The notes under the pieces were generated by a model. It searched no databases. It was not told where the DNA came from and saw only the letters and a list, made by a program, of their open reading frames with translations. This document shows, piece by piece, positions 12,950 through 23,850 of a DNA stretch of 64,000 nucleotides (its first letter is position 1; each line of letters starts with the position of its first letter). The position numbers were made by a program, and so were the translations under genes. Origin of the DNA: Pristiophorus japonicus (taxonomy: Eukaryota); contig NC_091992.1 in the NCBI RefSeq assembly GCF_044704955.1, forward strand, positions 122,946,001-123,010,000. Reading direction: 5' to 3'.

Positions 12950-13100
12950 TCAGTTGGTAGCAATGCTTACCTTTGAGTCAGAAGATCATGGGTTCAAGTC
13001 CATTCCAGCCCATTGAGCAAATAATATAATTTGAGACTTCAGTGCAGCACCGAGGGGATGCTGCATTTTTTGAGCTGCCATCTTTTGGATGAGTCATTAA
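12950..13100 (+). mobile_element. Deu-domain tRNA SINE 5' fragment
   Basis: tRNA-like head (gggttcaagtcc) followed by a Deu-like cagtgcagcaccgaggggatgctgca segment. Confidence 0.6.
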
Positions 13101-13326
13101 AGGGGAGAAATTCAGGAGTGCCCCTTTTGGTGTTAATCTGGCCAAATATGGCGGGAGTCGATGTTATTGCGCACCCAGTCAGAACCCGGTTAGCGCCCCG
13201 TTATCGCTTCTCGGAGGTACTTTGTTGAAAAGAGCATGGCGTTCTCCTGGTGGCCAGGCCAAATTTTTATCTAATTACAAAGCATTATTATACAACTTGT
13301 TGATACCAGGCTGGTGTGGAGCAGAA

Positions 13327-13528
13327 CATCATCATAGGCAGTCCCTCGAAATCAAGGAAGACTTGCTTCCACTCTAAAAGTGAGTTCTTAGGTGACTCGT
13401 ATTGCGGCACACTCCTTACGCTGTCTGCGCTTGTTTTCTGCATGCTCTCGGCAATGAGACTCAAGGTGCTCAGCGCCCTCCCAGATGCTCTTCCTCCACT
13501 TAGGGCGGTCTTTGGCCAGGGATTCCCA
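13327..13528 (-). mobile_element. RTE LINE 3' fragment, internally deleted
   Basis: Same tail as 1831; body matches 44630-44750. Confidence 0.7.
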
Positions 13529-14124
13529 AGAACAAGAGTCCACATTACAACAGTGACTGCACTCCAATAGTACTCCATTAGCTGTAAAACACTTTGAGAC
13601 ATCCAGTGGTCGTGAAAAGTGCTATATAAATCCAAGTCTTTATTAACAGGGAAAGGAGTCTGTGCAAATGATATCAATAGTCTAAGGCATGCCGGATAGA
13701 TAACTTGGGAGACGTGTACAGTAACACGTACTGATACATGAGACACTGGAAAAGGTTGCTTAACTAAAGCTATGACTAAGTACAGTATTGGCAAACTTTA
13801 GCTGAGATTAGAAGATGTGTTTTCATCCACAAAGTGGTAGATAGAAGCAGTGTGACTATCTAGTTATGCTAGTTTGTTGAAGGTTTTAGGGATGATTCTA
13901 TGTGTGGATCATCAAACTCTGCGGAATGTTCTAAGTTCTGCTTTGTTGGGACAAATTGAATATGGAATGTAGAGTGTTCGTTTGATTCCCTCGGGACAGA
14001 GAAATGTCAGTTCTTTTTTCTTCTTGCCTTCACGCAGGATATGTAATTAGGGTTTGGGCAGGTCCATGATTGTACACCGTTCTTTGGAAAAGGAACAAGC
14101 TCGACAGATTCCCTTGTTCCGTAC

Positions 14125-14326
14125 AGTTATGTATGCAATAAAGGTTCCAACTGAGTACTGTTTAACTAAGCAAGGTACAACCTTAGCTCTGCTTTATTAA
14201 GGCCCAAAGTGCCTGACTCTCAAAATGGCTGGCCTTTTATACCTGAGCAGCACCATGTGCGTGCTGCTCAGTGGCCTCCAACAATGACGCCATCTGATGG
14301 CTACAACAGAATGTACATGCATGACA
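14125..14326 (-). mobile_element. Gypsy-type solo LTR (202 bp)
   Basis: Minus strand begins TGTCATG like the other LTRs, with GGTATAAAA then AATAAA, and ends CATAACT. 5-bp TSD CGTAC/CGTGC. Confidence 0.75.
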
Positions 14327-14339
14327 CGTGCATTCCTAG

Positions 14340-16397
14340 GTTCTAAGGGGAAGGTGGCTCAACTGTGGCTAATAAGGGAAATTAAGGCTAGTGTTAAATC
14401 CAAGAGGCATATAAATTGGCCAGAAAGAGCAGCAAACCTGAGGACTGGCAGAAATTTAGAATTCAGCAGAGGAGGGCAAAGGGTTTAATTAGGATGGGGA
14501 AAATAGAGTATGAGAGGAAGCTTGCAGGGAACATAAAAACTGACTGCAAAAGCTTCTATAGATACGTGAAGAGAAAAAGATTAGTGAACACAAACGTAGG
14601 TCCCTTGCAGTCAGAATCAGGTGAATTTATAATGCGGAACAAAGAAATAGCAGACCACTTGAACAAATACTTTGGTTCTGTCTTCACGAAGGAAGACACG
14701 AATAACCTTCTTGAAATATTGGGGGACCGAGGGTCTAGTGAGAAGGAGGAACTGAAGAAAATCCTTATTAGGCGGGAAATTGTGTTGGGCAAATTGATGG
14801 GATTGAAGGCCGATAAATCCCTGGGGCCTGATAGTCTGCATCCCAGAGTACTTAAGGAAGTGGACCTAGAAATAGTGGATGCAATGGTGATCATTTTCCA
14901 ACAGTCTATCGACTCTGGATCAGTTCCTATGGACTGGAGGGTAGCTAATGTAACACCACTTTTTAAAAAAGGAGGGAGAGAGAAAACAGCTAATTATAGA
15001 CCAGTTAGCCTGACATCAGTAGTGGGGACAATGTTGGAATCAATTATTAAAGATGAAATAGCAGCGCATTTGGAAAGCAGTGACAGGATCGGTCCAAGTC
15101 AGCATGGATTTATGAAGGGGAAATCATGCTTGACAAATCTTCTAGAATTTTTTGAGGATGTAACTAGTAGAGTGGACAAGGGAGAACCAGTGGATGTGGT
15201 GTATTTGGACTTTCAAAAGGCTTTTGACAAGGTTCCACACAAGAGATTGGTGTGCAAAATTAAAGCACATGGTATTGGGGGTAATATACTGACGTGGATA
15301 GAGAACTGGTTGGCAGACAGGAAGCAGAGAGTCGGGATAAACGGGTCCTTTTCAGAATGGCAGGCAGTGACTAGTGGGGTGCCGCAGGGCTCAGGACTGG
15401 GACCCCAGCTATTTACAATATATATTAATGATTTAGACGAAGGAATTGAATGTAATATCTCCAAGTTTGCAGATGACACTAAGCTGGGTGGCAGTGTGAG
15501 CTGTGAGGAGGAAGCTAAGAGGCTGCAGGGTGACGTGGACAGGTTAGGTGAGTGGGAAAATACATGGCAGATGCAGTATAATGTGTATAAATGTGAGGTT
15601 ATCCACTTTGGTGGCAAAAACACGAAGGCAGAATATTATCTGAATGGCGGCAGATTAGGAAAAGTGGAGGTGCAACAAGATCTGGGTGTCATGGTACATC
15701 AGTCATTGAAAGTTGGCATGCAGGTACAGCAGGCGGTGAAGAAGGCAAATGGTATGTTGGCCTTCATAGCTAGGGGATTTGTGTATCGGAGCAGAGAGGT
15801 CTTACTGCAGTTGTACATGGCCTTGGTGAGGCCTCACCTGGAATATTGTGTTCAGTTTTGGTCTCCTAATCAGAGGAAGGGCATTCTTGCTATTGAGGGA
15901 GTGCAGCGAAGGTTCACCAGAATGATTCCCGGGATGGCAGGACTGACATCTGAGGAGAGACTGGATCAACTGGGCCTGTATTCATTGGAGTTTAGAAGGA
16001 TGAGAGGGGATCTCATGGAAACATATAAAATTCTGACGGGACTGGACAGGTTAGATGCAGGAAGAATGTTTCCGATGTTGGGGAAGTCCAGAACCAGGAG
16101 ACACAGTCTAAGGATAAGGGGTAAGCCATTTAGGACTGAGATGAGGAGAAACTTCTTCACTCAGAGAGTTGTTAACCTGTGGAATTCTCGACTGCAGAGA
16201 GTTGTTGATGCCAGTTCATTGGATATATTCAAGAGGGAGTTAGATATGGCCCTTACGGCTAAAGGGATCAAGGGGTATGGAGAGAATGCAGGAAAGGGGT
16301 ACTGAGGTGAATGATCAGCCATGATCTTATTGAATGGTAGTGCAGGCTCGAAGGGCCGAATGGCCTACTCCTGCACCTAGTTTCTATGTTTCTATGT
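14340..16397 (+). mobile_element. 5'-truncated CR1 LINE, subfamily B, with uninterrupted RT frame
   Basis: ORF 14416-16305 (629 aa) with all RT motifs to the natural stop; no endonuclease domain or ORF1. Confidence 0.95.
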
Positions 16398-16869
16398 AAA
16401 GAAACGGACAAGATGCAACTGGTTTCTGGGGTAGTGTGAAGTCAATGGGAAAGAAAATCATGTGCGATGTAAAATGGGTTGCTGATTTGCCATCACCCGC
16501 TTTGCTCTCCCGCTGAAGACCAATTTCAGCCCTCCAAGAGTAAGAATTAAACTATGGGGGTGAAGGATACACCTGTGCTCCTCGGTGCTGGAGAAACCAC
16601 TATATGAAGTTTAGTCATTTCAGCGGTGCAGAGGGCTATGGGCAACCCGCCCCCTCCCAGCAAAGTCTGTCCCTGTCCTGGAAGTTGACCACAAGTGGAA
16701 ACAAGTGGCAAGAATTAACACCGACTCTGAAGAGAAGGAAGGATATGGAGAGCAGTCAGAAATCGAGAGGAAGAAGCAGTAGAGAGACTGGACTAGAAAT
16801 GTCAGGCCTTCTTCTGGATTCTTGCTGTAAAGTTCGAGTTCGAGACACACCAGTTTGACTCTTGTCCAA

Positions 16870-17410
16870 AGCTCAGGTTAGACCACACATTGTGTTCAGT
16901 TCAGGATGTATTTACCTTGGAGGGAGTGCAGCGTAGATTTACGAGAATGATACCTGGTCTCCCAGGGTTAAATTAAGAGGAGAGATAACACAAACTAGGG
17001 TTGTAATCCCTGGAATTTAGGTGGTTAGGGGTGATTTGATCCAAGTTTTCAAGATATTAAGGAAAACAGGGTAGAGAGAGACAATTTTTTCCACTAGATG
17101 GGGAATCTATGACTAGGGAACATAGCCTAAACATTAGAGCCAGGACTCTCAGGAGTGATGTTCGGAAACACTTCTACATACAAAGGATAATAGAAGTTTG
17201 GAACTCTCTTCCACAAACGGCAATTAATGCTGCATCAATTGTTAATTTTAAATCTGAGATTGAGCGCTTTCTGTTAACCAAAGGTATTAAGGGATATGGG
17301 GCAATGGCAGGTATATGGAGTTAGGTCGCAGATCAACCATGATCTCATTGAATGGCGGAACAGGCTCGAGGGGCTAAATGGCCTCCTCCTGTTCCTATGT
17401 TCCCATGTTA
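16870..17410 (+). mobile_element. Older CR1 3' fragment
   Basis: ORF 17109-17324 (VWNSLPQ...KGIKGYG) and a diverged 3' UTR. Confidence 0.8.
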
Positions 17411-18629
17411 TCGATGAGATTTGTATAATTTTTTATTTTGTGTGTGGCAGGGTGTTGATGGGAAAAAATATTCAGAATACTCTTGCAACGGAAGGGACAA
17501 ATTTACCCGTACAGACTCTAAAGAGAAAGGTCCCTTGACCAAATGCTAGGATTTACTGTTCAAATGAGACCCATCCCTAAATGTTCCACCACGCCCAAAA
17601 TTTAAATTGCTCCATTTCATCTTTTAAAAGTGAAAGATAAGACTTGCATTTATGTAACACCCTGTTATGTCGCAGAAATGTCTCAAAGTGTTTCACGCAC
17701 AGCTATTGTATAGGCCATCATGGCAGTCATTCGGTAAACAACAAGATCTCACTCGTTAATCTGGCTTGTTGGTTGGGAGAGGAACCAGGACACGGGGGAG
17801 AACTCCATTTTTTCAACCCTGATTTTCACATCCTCCAAAAGAGACAGACAGAGCTTTTGTCTGAAGGAGAGCACCTCCAACAATCCCGATCTCCCTCAGT
17901 ACAGGTACCGAACTGGATTGTGAGATCTCATTGGACCAGATCTTTCTGGAAAAAATAACGGCACGTTAACAACACACAGCATTATTAATGTGCAAAGCAG
18001 GAGATTGCGATACGCTGTGAGTTGTGAATCTCCAGAACTTGCTGGTCGATTCGCCCTCAGCCTCCTTGTTATTTTTAAGAACTTGCTGGATTTTCACATT
18101 AATTTCCCATTAAAGTCACCACAGGAAGGGAAGTCTGGTAATTAAAAGCATAACTATCCTTTTAATGAGGTGAAGATTGTTAATGCAATGCCAATCAACC
18201 TCTCTGGCCCAGAAAGGGAAAATTTGAAGTTTTCTTACTCATTTTGTTGGATCATTTTTTTGCCACTAGTTCATTGTGATTAGAAATAGGTTTAAAAGCT
18301 AAATTTTGTTGGAGATTTTAAAAATTGTATTTTTTTTTCTTATTTTTCCTTCTGTCCCAATCAATCTTTCTTTCCCTCTCTCTCTCTCTCTCTCCCCTTC
18401 TTGGTTGTTCCTGTGTTTCTTTCTCAATCCTTAAATCTCTTTAGTTAAAGGAGATATACTCACGGTCTCGCTGAAGTCCCAGATGCCCTCACTATCGGCT
18501 CGCACTACCAGCAAGTTACGCCGCAAAAAAAGGATTAGTGCTAAAGGGCGAGGAAAGCGTTTCACTCACAGCGCACGCCACAAACTGCCTCGCTCCAGCA
18601 AGATCTGACCCATTGAGCTCAGACTCTTG

Positions 18630-19248
18630 GGGCTGGATTTTTGGTCTTCTCCTGCCCTTATTAGCACCCTGGAGGGGGCGGCAATGGCGGCGGTAAGCAC
18701 TTTCGGGCGGGCGGCCAGATTCCAGCACCCCGCTGGGAAATCCAGGACCGGTTTCGGTGGGGCGCGGAGCATTACCGCCCGGAAGTGGTGAGCCGGTGTG
18801 CAACGCCCCTGGTTGCGACACTGGCCCGATTTTTGGCTGCCGTTGATCCGTAGAGCGCCCCCTGCTGGGACCGCCTGTGAAAGCGGGCGGTCCGAGCTGT
18901 AGCGGCTGCAGTGACATAAGTAATCGACCTCGGGTAAGTGCGATTTGTTATTTTTGCGATTTATGTTGCAGTGTGTGTGAACTATGTACTGGGAATGTTT
19001 TGGGGTTTTTTTGAGGTTCTTTTCCCACCAGGTCTCTCTCGGTGCTCCAAGGCCGGCTGTTTAGCTTGGGATTTTCACTTGCTCAGCTGGCTCTAAGAGA
19101 GGTTTCCACGCCTCCCTTAGCGCCCCGCCCCACACTCGGGGCCCAGCTGATGAATTTTGTGGCTGAGGCACAAACTCTTCCCAGGCGCAAACTTTACCGC
19201 CCCGCCGCCATTACTGCCCCGAAATGAGCAGAACCAAAAATCCAACCC
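18630..19248. mobile_element. PIF/Harbinger-like MITE
   Basis: TIRs GGGCTGGATTTTTGGT / ACCAAAAATCCAACCC, 3-bp TSD TTG on both sides, CpG-rich interior. Confidence 0.75.
18855..18868 (-). promoter_or_regulatory. CTCF consensus site
   Basis: Minus strand CCAGCAGGGGGCGC. Motif match only. Confidence 0.5.
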
Positions 19249-19375
19249 TTGGAATGGGGCTCAAACCCATAACTTGCAATGGCAAAACAAACAAGTGCCA
19301 CCAACTGTGCTAAGCTTTGAGGCCTGATTGTTGCATAGAATATCGCAGTTGCCGGAAGTTGGGATGAGTCAGCAG

Positions 19376-19492
19376 CAACGTTCCCATTAAGCTGCACCAC
19401 CGTACAGCTGCCTGGAGGTCCCACGCAGCCTGGGACCGGCTTCTCAAACGGGCGGCTTCACACATGCGCAAAAAAAATTCAGTGGAACACTG
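19376..19492. mobile_element. hAT-like MITE
   Basis: Ends CAACGTTCCC / GTGGAACACTG; 8-bp TSD GTCAGCAG/GTCCGCAG. Confidence 0.7.
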
Positions 19493-19683
19493 GTCCGCAG
19501 TTGTTCTTGCTGCACAAGCAAGGCTTTAAAAAAAAGTAAGGTAGGCCAGGCCAAAAGGAAGAAAAATGAATGAAATAACTCAGTGATCAGAGGCTTTGTT
19601 GCAAATCTCAATTCAAACAAATTGAAGGTCTAGATCACACCATTTCACAGCACAAAATCGCTACTTTTGCTTTCCCCTTACAG

Positions 19684-19767
19684 AGCTTCAGAGACGAGCT
19701 GCTGAGTTGTTTGGGATGGAGGATGCTTTGTTTGTACCCACTGGAACAATGGGGAACCTCATTTCAG
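19684..19767 (+). CDS. THA1: L-threonine aldolase internal exon, (E)[27 protein letters not shown]
   Basis: Acceptor ttttgctttccccttacag, donor gtcagt, 84 nt, phase 1-1. Peptide matches the threonine aldolase [13 protein letters not shown] motif. Confidence 0.93.
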
Positions 19768-19882
19768 GTCAGTGTAACAGCAGCAAGACACCACACCAGA
19801 GCTTTTAAAGCTACTTCTAATCACAATGAACTAGTGCAACCATAGATCAGGATCAGCAAACAGCACAGTGCTGATGTTGGCC

Positions 19883-20250
19883 GTGGCTCAGTGATAGGCC
19901 TATCGCCTCTGAGTCACAAGGTTGTGGGTTCAAGTCCCACGCCAGAGACTTGAGCACGTAATCGCAGCCGTTATGTTGGTTTGAGAATATTGGCCAGGAC
20001 ACCAGGGATAACTCCCCTGCTCTTCTTCGAAATAGTGCCATGGGATCTTTTACGTCCCATGGCACTGAGAGAGCAGACAGGGCCATTGTTTAACATCTCA
20101 TCCAAAAGATGGCACCTCCGACAGTGCAGCGTTCCCTCAGCACTGCACTGGAGTGTCAATCTAGATATATGTGCTCAAGTCTCTGGTGCTGGACTTGAAC
20201 CCACAACCTTCTGACTCAGAGGCGAGTGTGCTACCCACTGAACCACAGCT
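19883..20250. mobile_element. Inverted pair of Deu-domain tRNA SINEs (19883-19960 plus, 19975-20250 minus)
   Basis: A-box/B-box-like heads (tggctcagtg, gggttcaagtccc) in opposite orientations; Deu-like core in the minus copy. Confidence 0.8.
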
Positions 20251-20804
20251 GACACTGGAAAATACCATGGAATCCTGTCTCCTGCATCTTGCATCCCTCT
20301 CGAGTGTTTTCTCTGTCAAAAAACAACCTAGTTTCCTCTTTACTTGGCCAACACTACCCACCTCCATTTCCCCTATATGTAGTCCGTCCCATATGGTTAC
20401 CACTCTATGTGTAAAGCAGTTAAATCTATATTCTCTGTTCACCTTTCCGGTTCTGACCTCGAGTCTCTACCCCAAACAACAAATAGATGTTCCTCAGAAA
20501 AACCTCGTAAAAGAACTCCTAGTTCTGGCATGCGCTGAATAGTTCCATTGGTACTTGAATTCCCAGTAGAATGTACTTGGAGGGAAATGCTAAGAAGTGT
20601 AGACTTGCGTCTGTCAGCAGCAGCCTTGATGCACACTGGGCCTGTGCCTGGAGACTGATGTCCATAAAGTGATTTTAACAGTAGGTCTTTGTGAACCAGA
20701 GCTTGTTTATTGGTCCACGAGATTGGAGCTGCATTTGTACAATCCAAATAATGCACTGGGCCTCAGTTCAGGATTCTCCCGGTGATACATATGGGAAGCT
20801 TTTT

Positions 20805-21160
20805 TTAAATTCATACTGGGGATGTGGGCGTTTGTTTATTGGCCATCCCTAGTTGCCCTCAGTTTTGATCCAATGAGTGGTTTGCTCGGCCAATCCAGAG
20901 GGCAGCTAAGAGTCAACTATTTTGGTGTGGGACTGGAGTCACATATAGGCCAGACCGGATAAGGACAGAAGGACGTTAGTGAACCAGTTTGGGTTTTTAT
21001 GAGAATCCGACAGCTTCATGGTCACTTTTACCGATACCAGCTTTTTTGTTTCCAGATTTTAAACTGAATTCAGATTCTCAAACTGGGATTGAACTCACTT
21101 TCTCTGGATTATTCATCCATGCCTCTGAATTACTAGTCCAGTAACATAACCACTACGCTG
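20805..21160 (-). mobile_element. tRNA-derived SINE, second family
   Basis: Minus-strand head gcgtagtggttatgttactggactag...gagttcaatccc; tail resembles 39250-39330. Confidence 0.6.
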
Positions 21161-21224
21161 CCAGTTCCCACCCCGTTTACACACATTCTGTACATAAACA
21201 AAACCAGGTATTGTGCACATTAAA

Positions 21225-21396
21225 GGCCCACTCCTGGAATTTCCGCAAGGGTTTCTTCCGATTGTCTACCCGTAACTTTGGCAGAAGCTCGGCAGAAACC
21301 TTGGAAGAGCGGCGCAAACGGCTGCTGTTTCTTCGGCTTTCTGCCCAAGTTACGGTGATTGAGATCACAGAATCCGCATTGAAATTTGAACCCCCA
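21225..21396. mobile_element. Small palindromic MITE-like element
   Basis: Internal inverted repeat ccgtaactttggcagaa (about 21270) and ttctgcccaagttacgg (about 21340). Confidence 0.45.
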
Positions 21397-23850
21397 GTTT
21401 TTAAATCGGTGAATGAGGCTTTTATTGTGATTTTATGAACTAGCAAAAAGAAAGGTGCTCATACAAAACACTTAACGTGGTTGGAAGTTTGTGGAGATAC
21501 TAGTACTGCCATGGAATTTCTCATTAATAGAAGAGCATGTACCACAAACGGAAGAGCAGACTATTGAAGTACAAGACAAAATAGCCCATTGACCTAACTC
21601 CCAAACAGTGGGAAGTGTTCCAACTGCTGTCATCAAGTCCTGGAGAACTATTTCCAACTAAAAGATCGAAGCCATCCTGTTCAGTTCGATAAAACTCTGC
21701 CCTTTGTCCGAAAGTGGTGTGTGGTTTTAAAGTGGCTTCGGAGGATCTGCTCTTTGCCGTTTACAAAGAAGAGATGGCTTCAGATTACAAAGAAATTGAG
21801 CAATGTTTTATCTCGCGTATATTGTTGTGAGAATTGTGCACTGAATTATGAGGAGATAACCCATTGGCGTCTGAGTTCTTCACAGGTGCGAGTTGTTGTA
21901 TCAGAATGTTTCTTTAAGGCCTGCTGCATCCTGCCTAGTTCTTAGAACAACAGCGCAAATAAACCGTGAACCTGATTTCTTAGACTAGCCTTTTTGAGGA
22001 ATGTGTCTAGTTTGCTGAGTCTAAGAGGAAAAAACACAGGAAGTGGGGCTGTGTAGAATTCAGAACCATGTGTAGATTTGGAATGGTCTTCCTGTGTGCA
22101 CCGTGTGTCGCTCATGCAATCCACTCCTTCAATCTGATAATGTTTATGAGAACTGACCACAAAGGAAGAGACAGTACACTGCAGCCTTGAAATGACGCAG
22201 TTTTGCTCCATTCTTTTAAAGAGAGAAGAAATATAACGGAGTAGAATCGCTATAAACTCTTTAAAGCTTCCATAATACTGGGCAGTTGAAATATTTGACA
22301 GGGATTGTGACAGGTTGTACCATTTTTAACCCACACTTTTATCTAAGGTTTATCTAAAGAAACCATGCCTTACTTGACAGATGTTTCAATTGCACTCTTT
22401 GGTAACACAAGAAAGCAGTGCATATAATCTTAGCTCTGTGCTGTTGGAGGGGATACTTTAGCATCAAGATTACATTTCAACACTTCAGATATTTTCTAAT
22501 TGCAGGGTTTCACATATTTCATGTAATGTAATTTTTTCAATGCAAAAAAAAAAGACAAGCTGGAGGACCTTCTCCTGCCTTTCACCGTCACAGTTATGAA
22601 GATATTTATGTCTTTATAGCAGAATCCACCTTTGAGAAAACTGAAATAAAAGTACCAGCAAAACATTGAAGCACTTAGGCAAATGATCGTGCCGTAAATT
22701 TATCTATGTGAGGCACGCATTGGAAATATTGTCTGCCGTTTTCCAGACAGTGCACATCAGGCAAGAATATCCATGAATTCTATCTTGACATGGTTGAATG
22801 GAGATTTCTACTGATTGTTCTTCCTTAACTGGATGTCCATTCTGTATTCAGCATCTAGGCCATTAGTAGCCATCAGCCGTGTGATCTCGCCCAGCTTCAG
22901 GCTATGCTGCGGTACGCAACAGAGATGCCTACTGATCCCGGTCTGCTTGACCAGCAACCGACCCCCTAGACTTCAACCCAAGAGATGTGCAAGGGATTAA
23001 AGAGTTGGGGAGAGCAAGAATCTTACTCTAGTTTCTGTCCTTGGCTCACTCCTATTACTCCTGAACAGACTGCAACAGTTGGAAAATATGACAATGCAAT
23101 GTCAACTAAAACTGAGACAAGGAACTTGGGGTAGAATCTCACTACAACTTTAAAGATACCTTTCCCCACTCCCCCATCCGAGCTAGAAATCTTCGGAATT
23201 TAAATTTGCGTAGTAATGAATCTAACAAGATCCACAAGTATCTTCAAATATATGCATGAGGACACAACCCAAGGATAATGGCTAACTCTGTTTTAAAAGA
23301 AAACACATTTCATTGTCATGTAACTAAACCAGACACGGTTTAGAGGAAAATGTGTTAAACTGTCTCCACCGCTCAGCTGGTCTCCAGGGACTCTGTTGTA
23401 CCAAGTCACAAGCAGCAGCTAGAAGCACAGTGTAAAACCCCATTGGACATCATAATAAGTGCTCAAATATTGTCCATCTTTCTGTATCTAACTTGATCGG
23501 CTCCATGAGGAGTTGTTAAATGCAAAGCTCACTATGCAGCCGCCCAAATCATATAAAAAAAACTCAAGCAGCCCAACAGGATTAACTGCAGCCTTCCAAT
23601 TTCCAGTGCCTTGTCGATGGGTTTTCACTTTCCCTGTCTACCAGAAGAGTTTTGGAAAGTTACCGGGGCAACCTGCTGACTATGCCCAGTATCCGTGTTG
23701 CAATAAATGATATTTAATAATATCTCAATAATTGGATAAATAGTTGAAGGAGAAAAAAATTGCAGGGATATGGGAAAAGAGCGGGGAATTGGGACCAACT
23801 GGACTGCTCTTCGAAAGAGCCAACACAGACTTGATGGGTTAAATGACTTC

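Noticed and set aside
14416-16305. 629-aa RT ORF as an active LINE or domesticated gene
   Set aside because: 5'-truncated, non-ATG start, no endonuclease or ORF1, and near-identical to neighbouring disabled copies.
19883-19957. tRNA gene
   Set aside because: It is a SINE head repeated several times in the window and continuing into SINE body.
21531-21592. Alternative THA1 terminal exon EEHVPQTEEQTIEVQDKIAH*
   Set aside because: Phase-compatible, but the acceptor is weak, there is no homology, and it would remove the catalytic domain.
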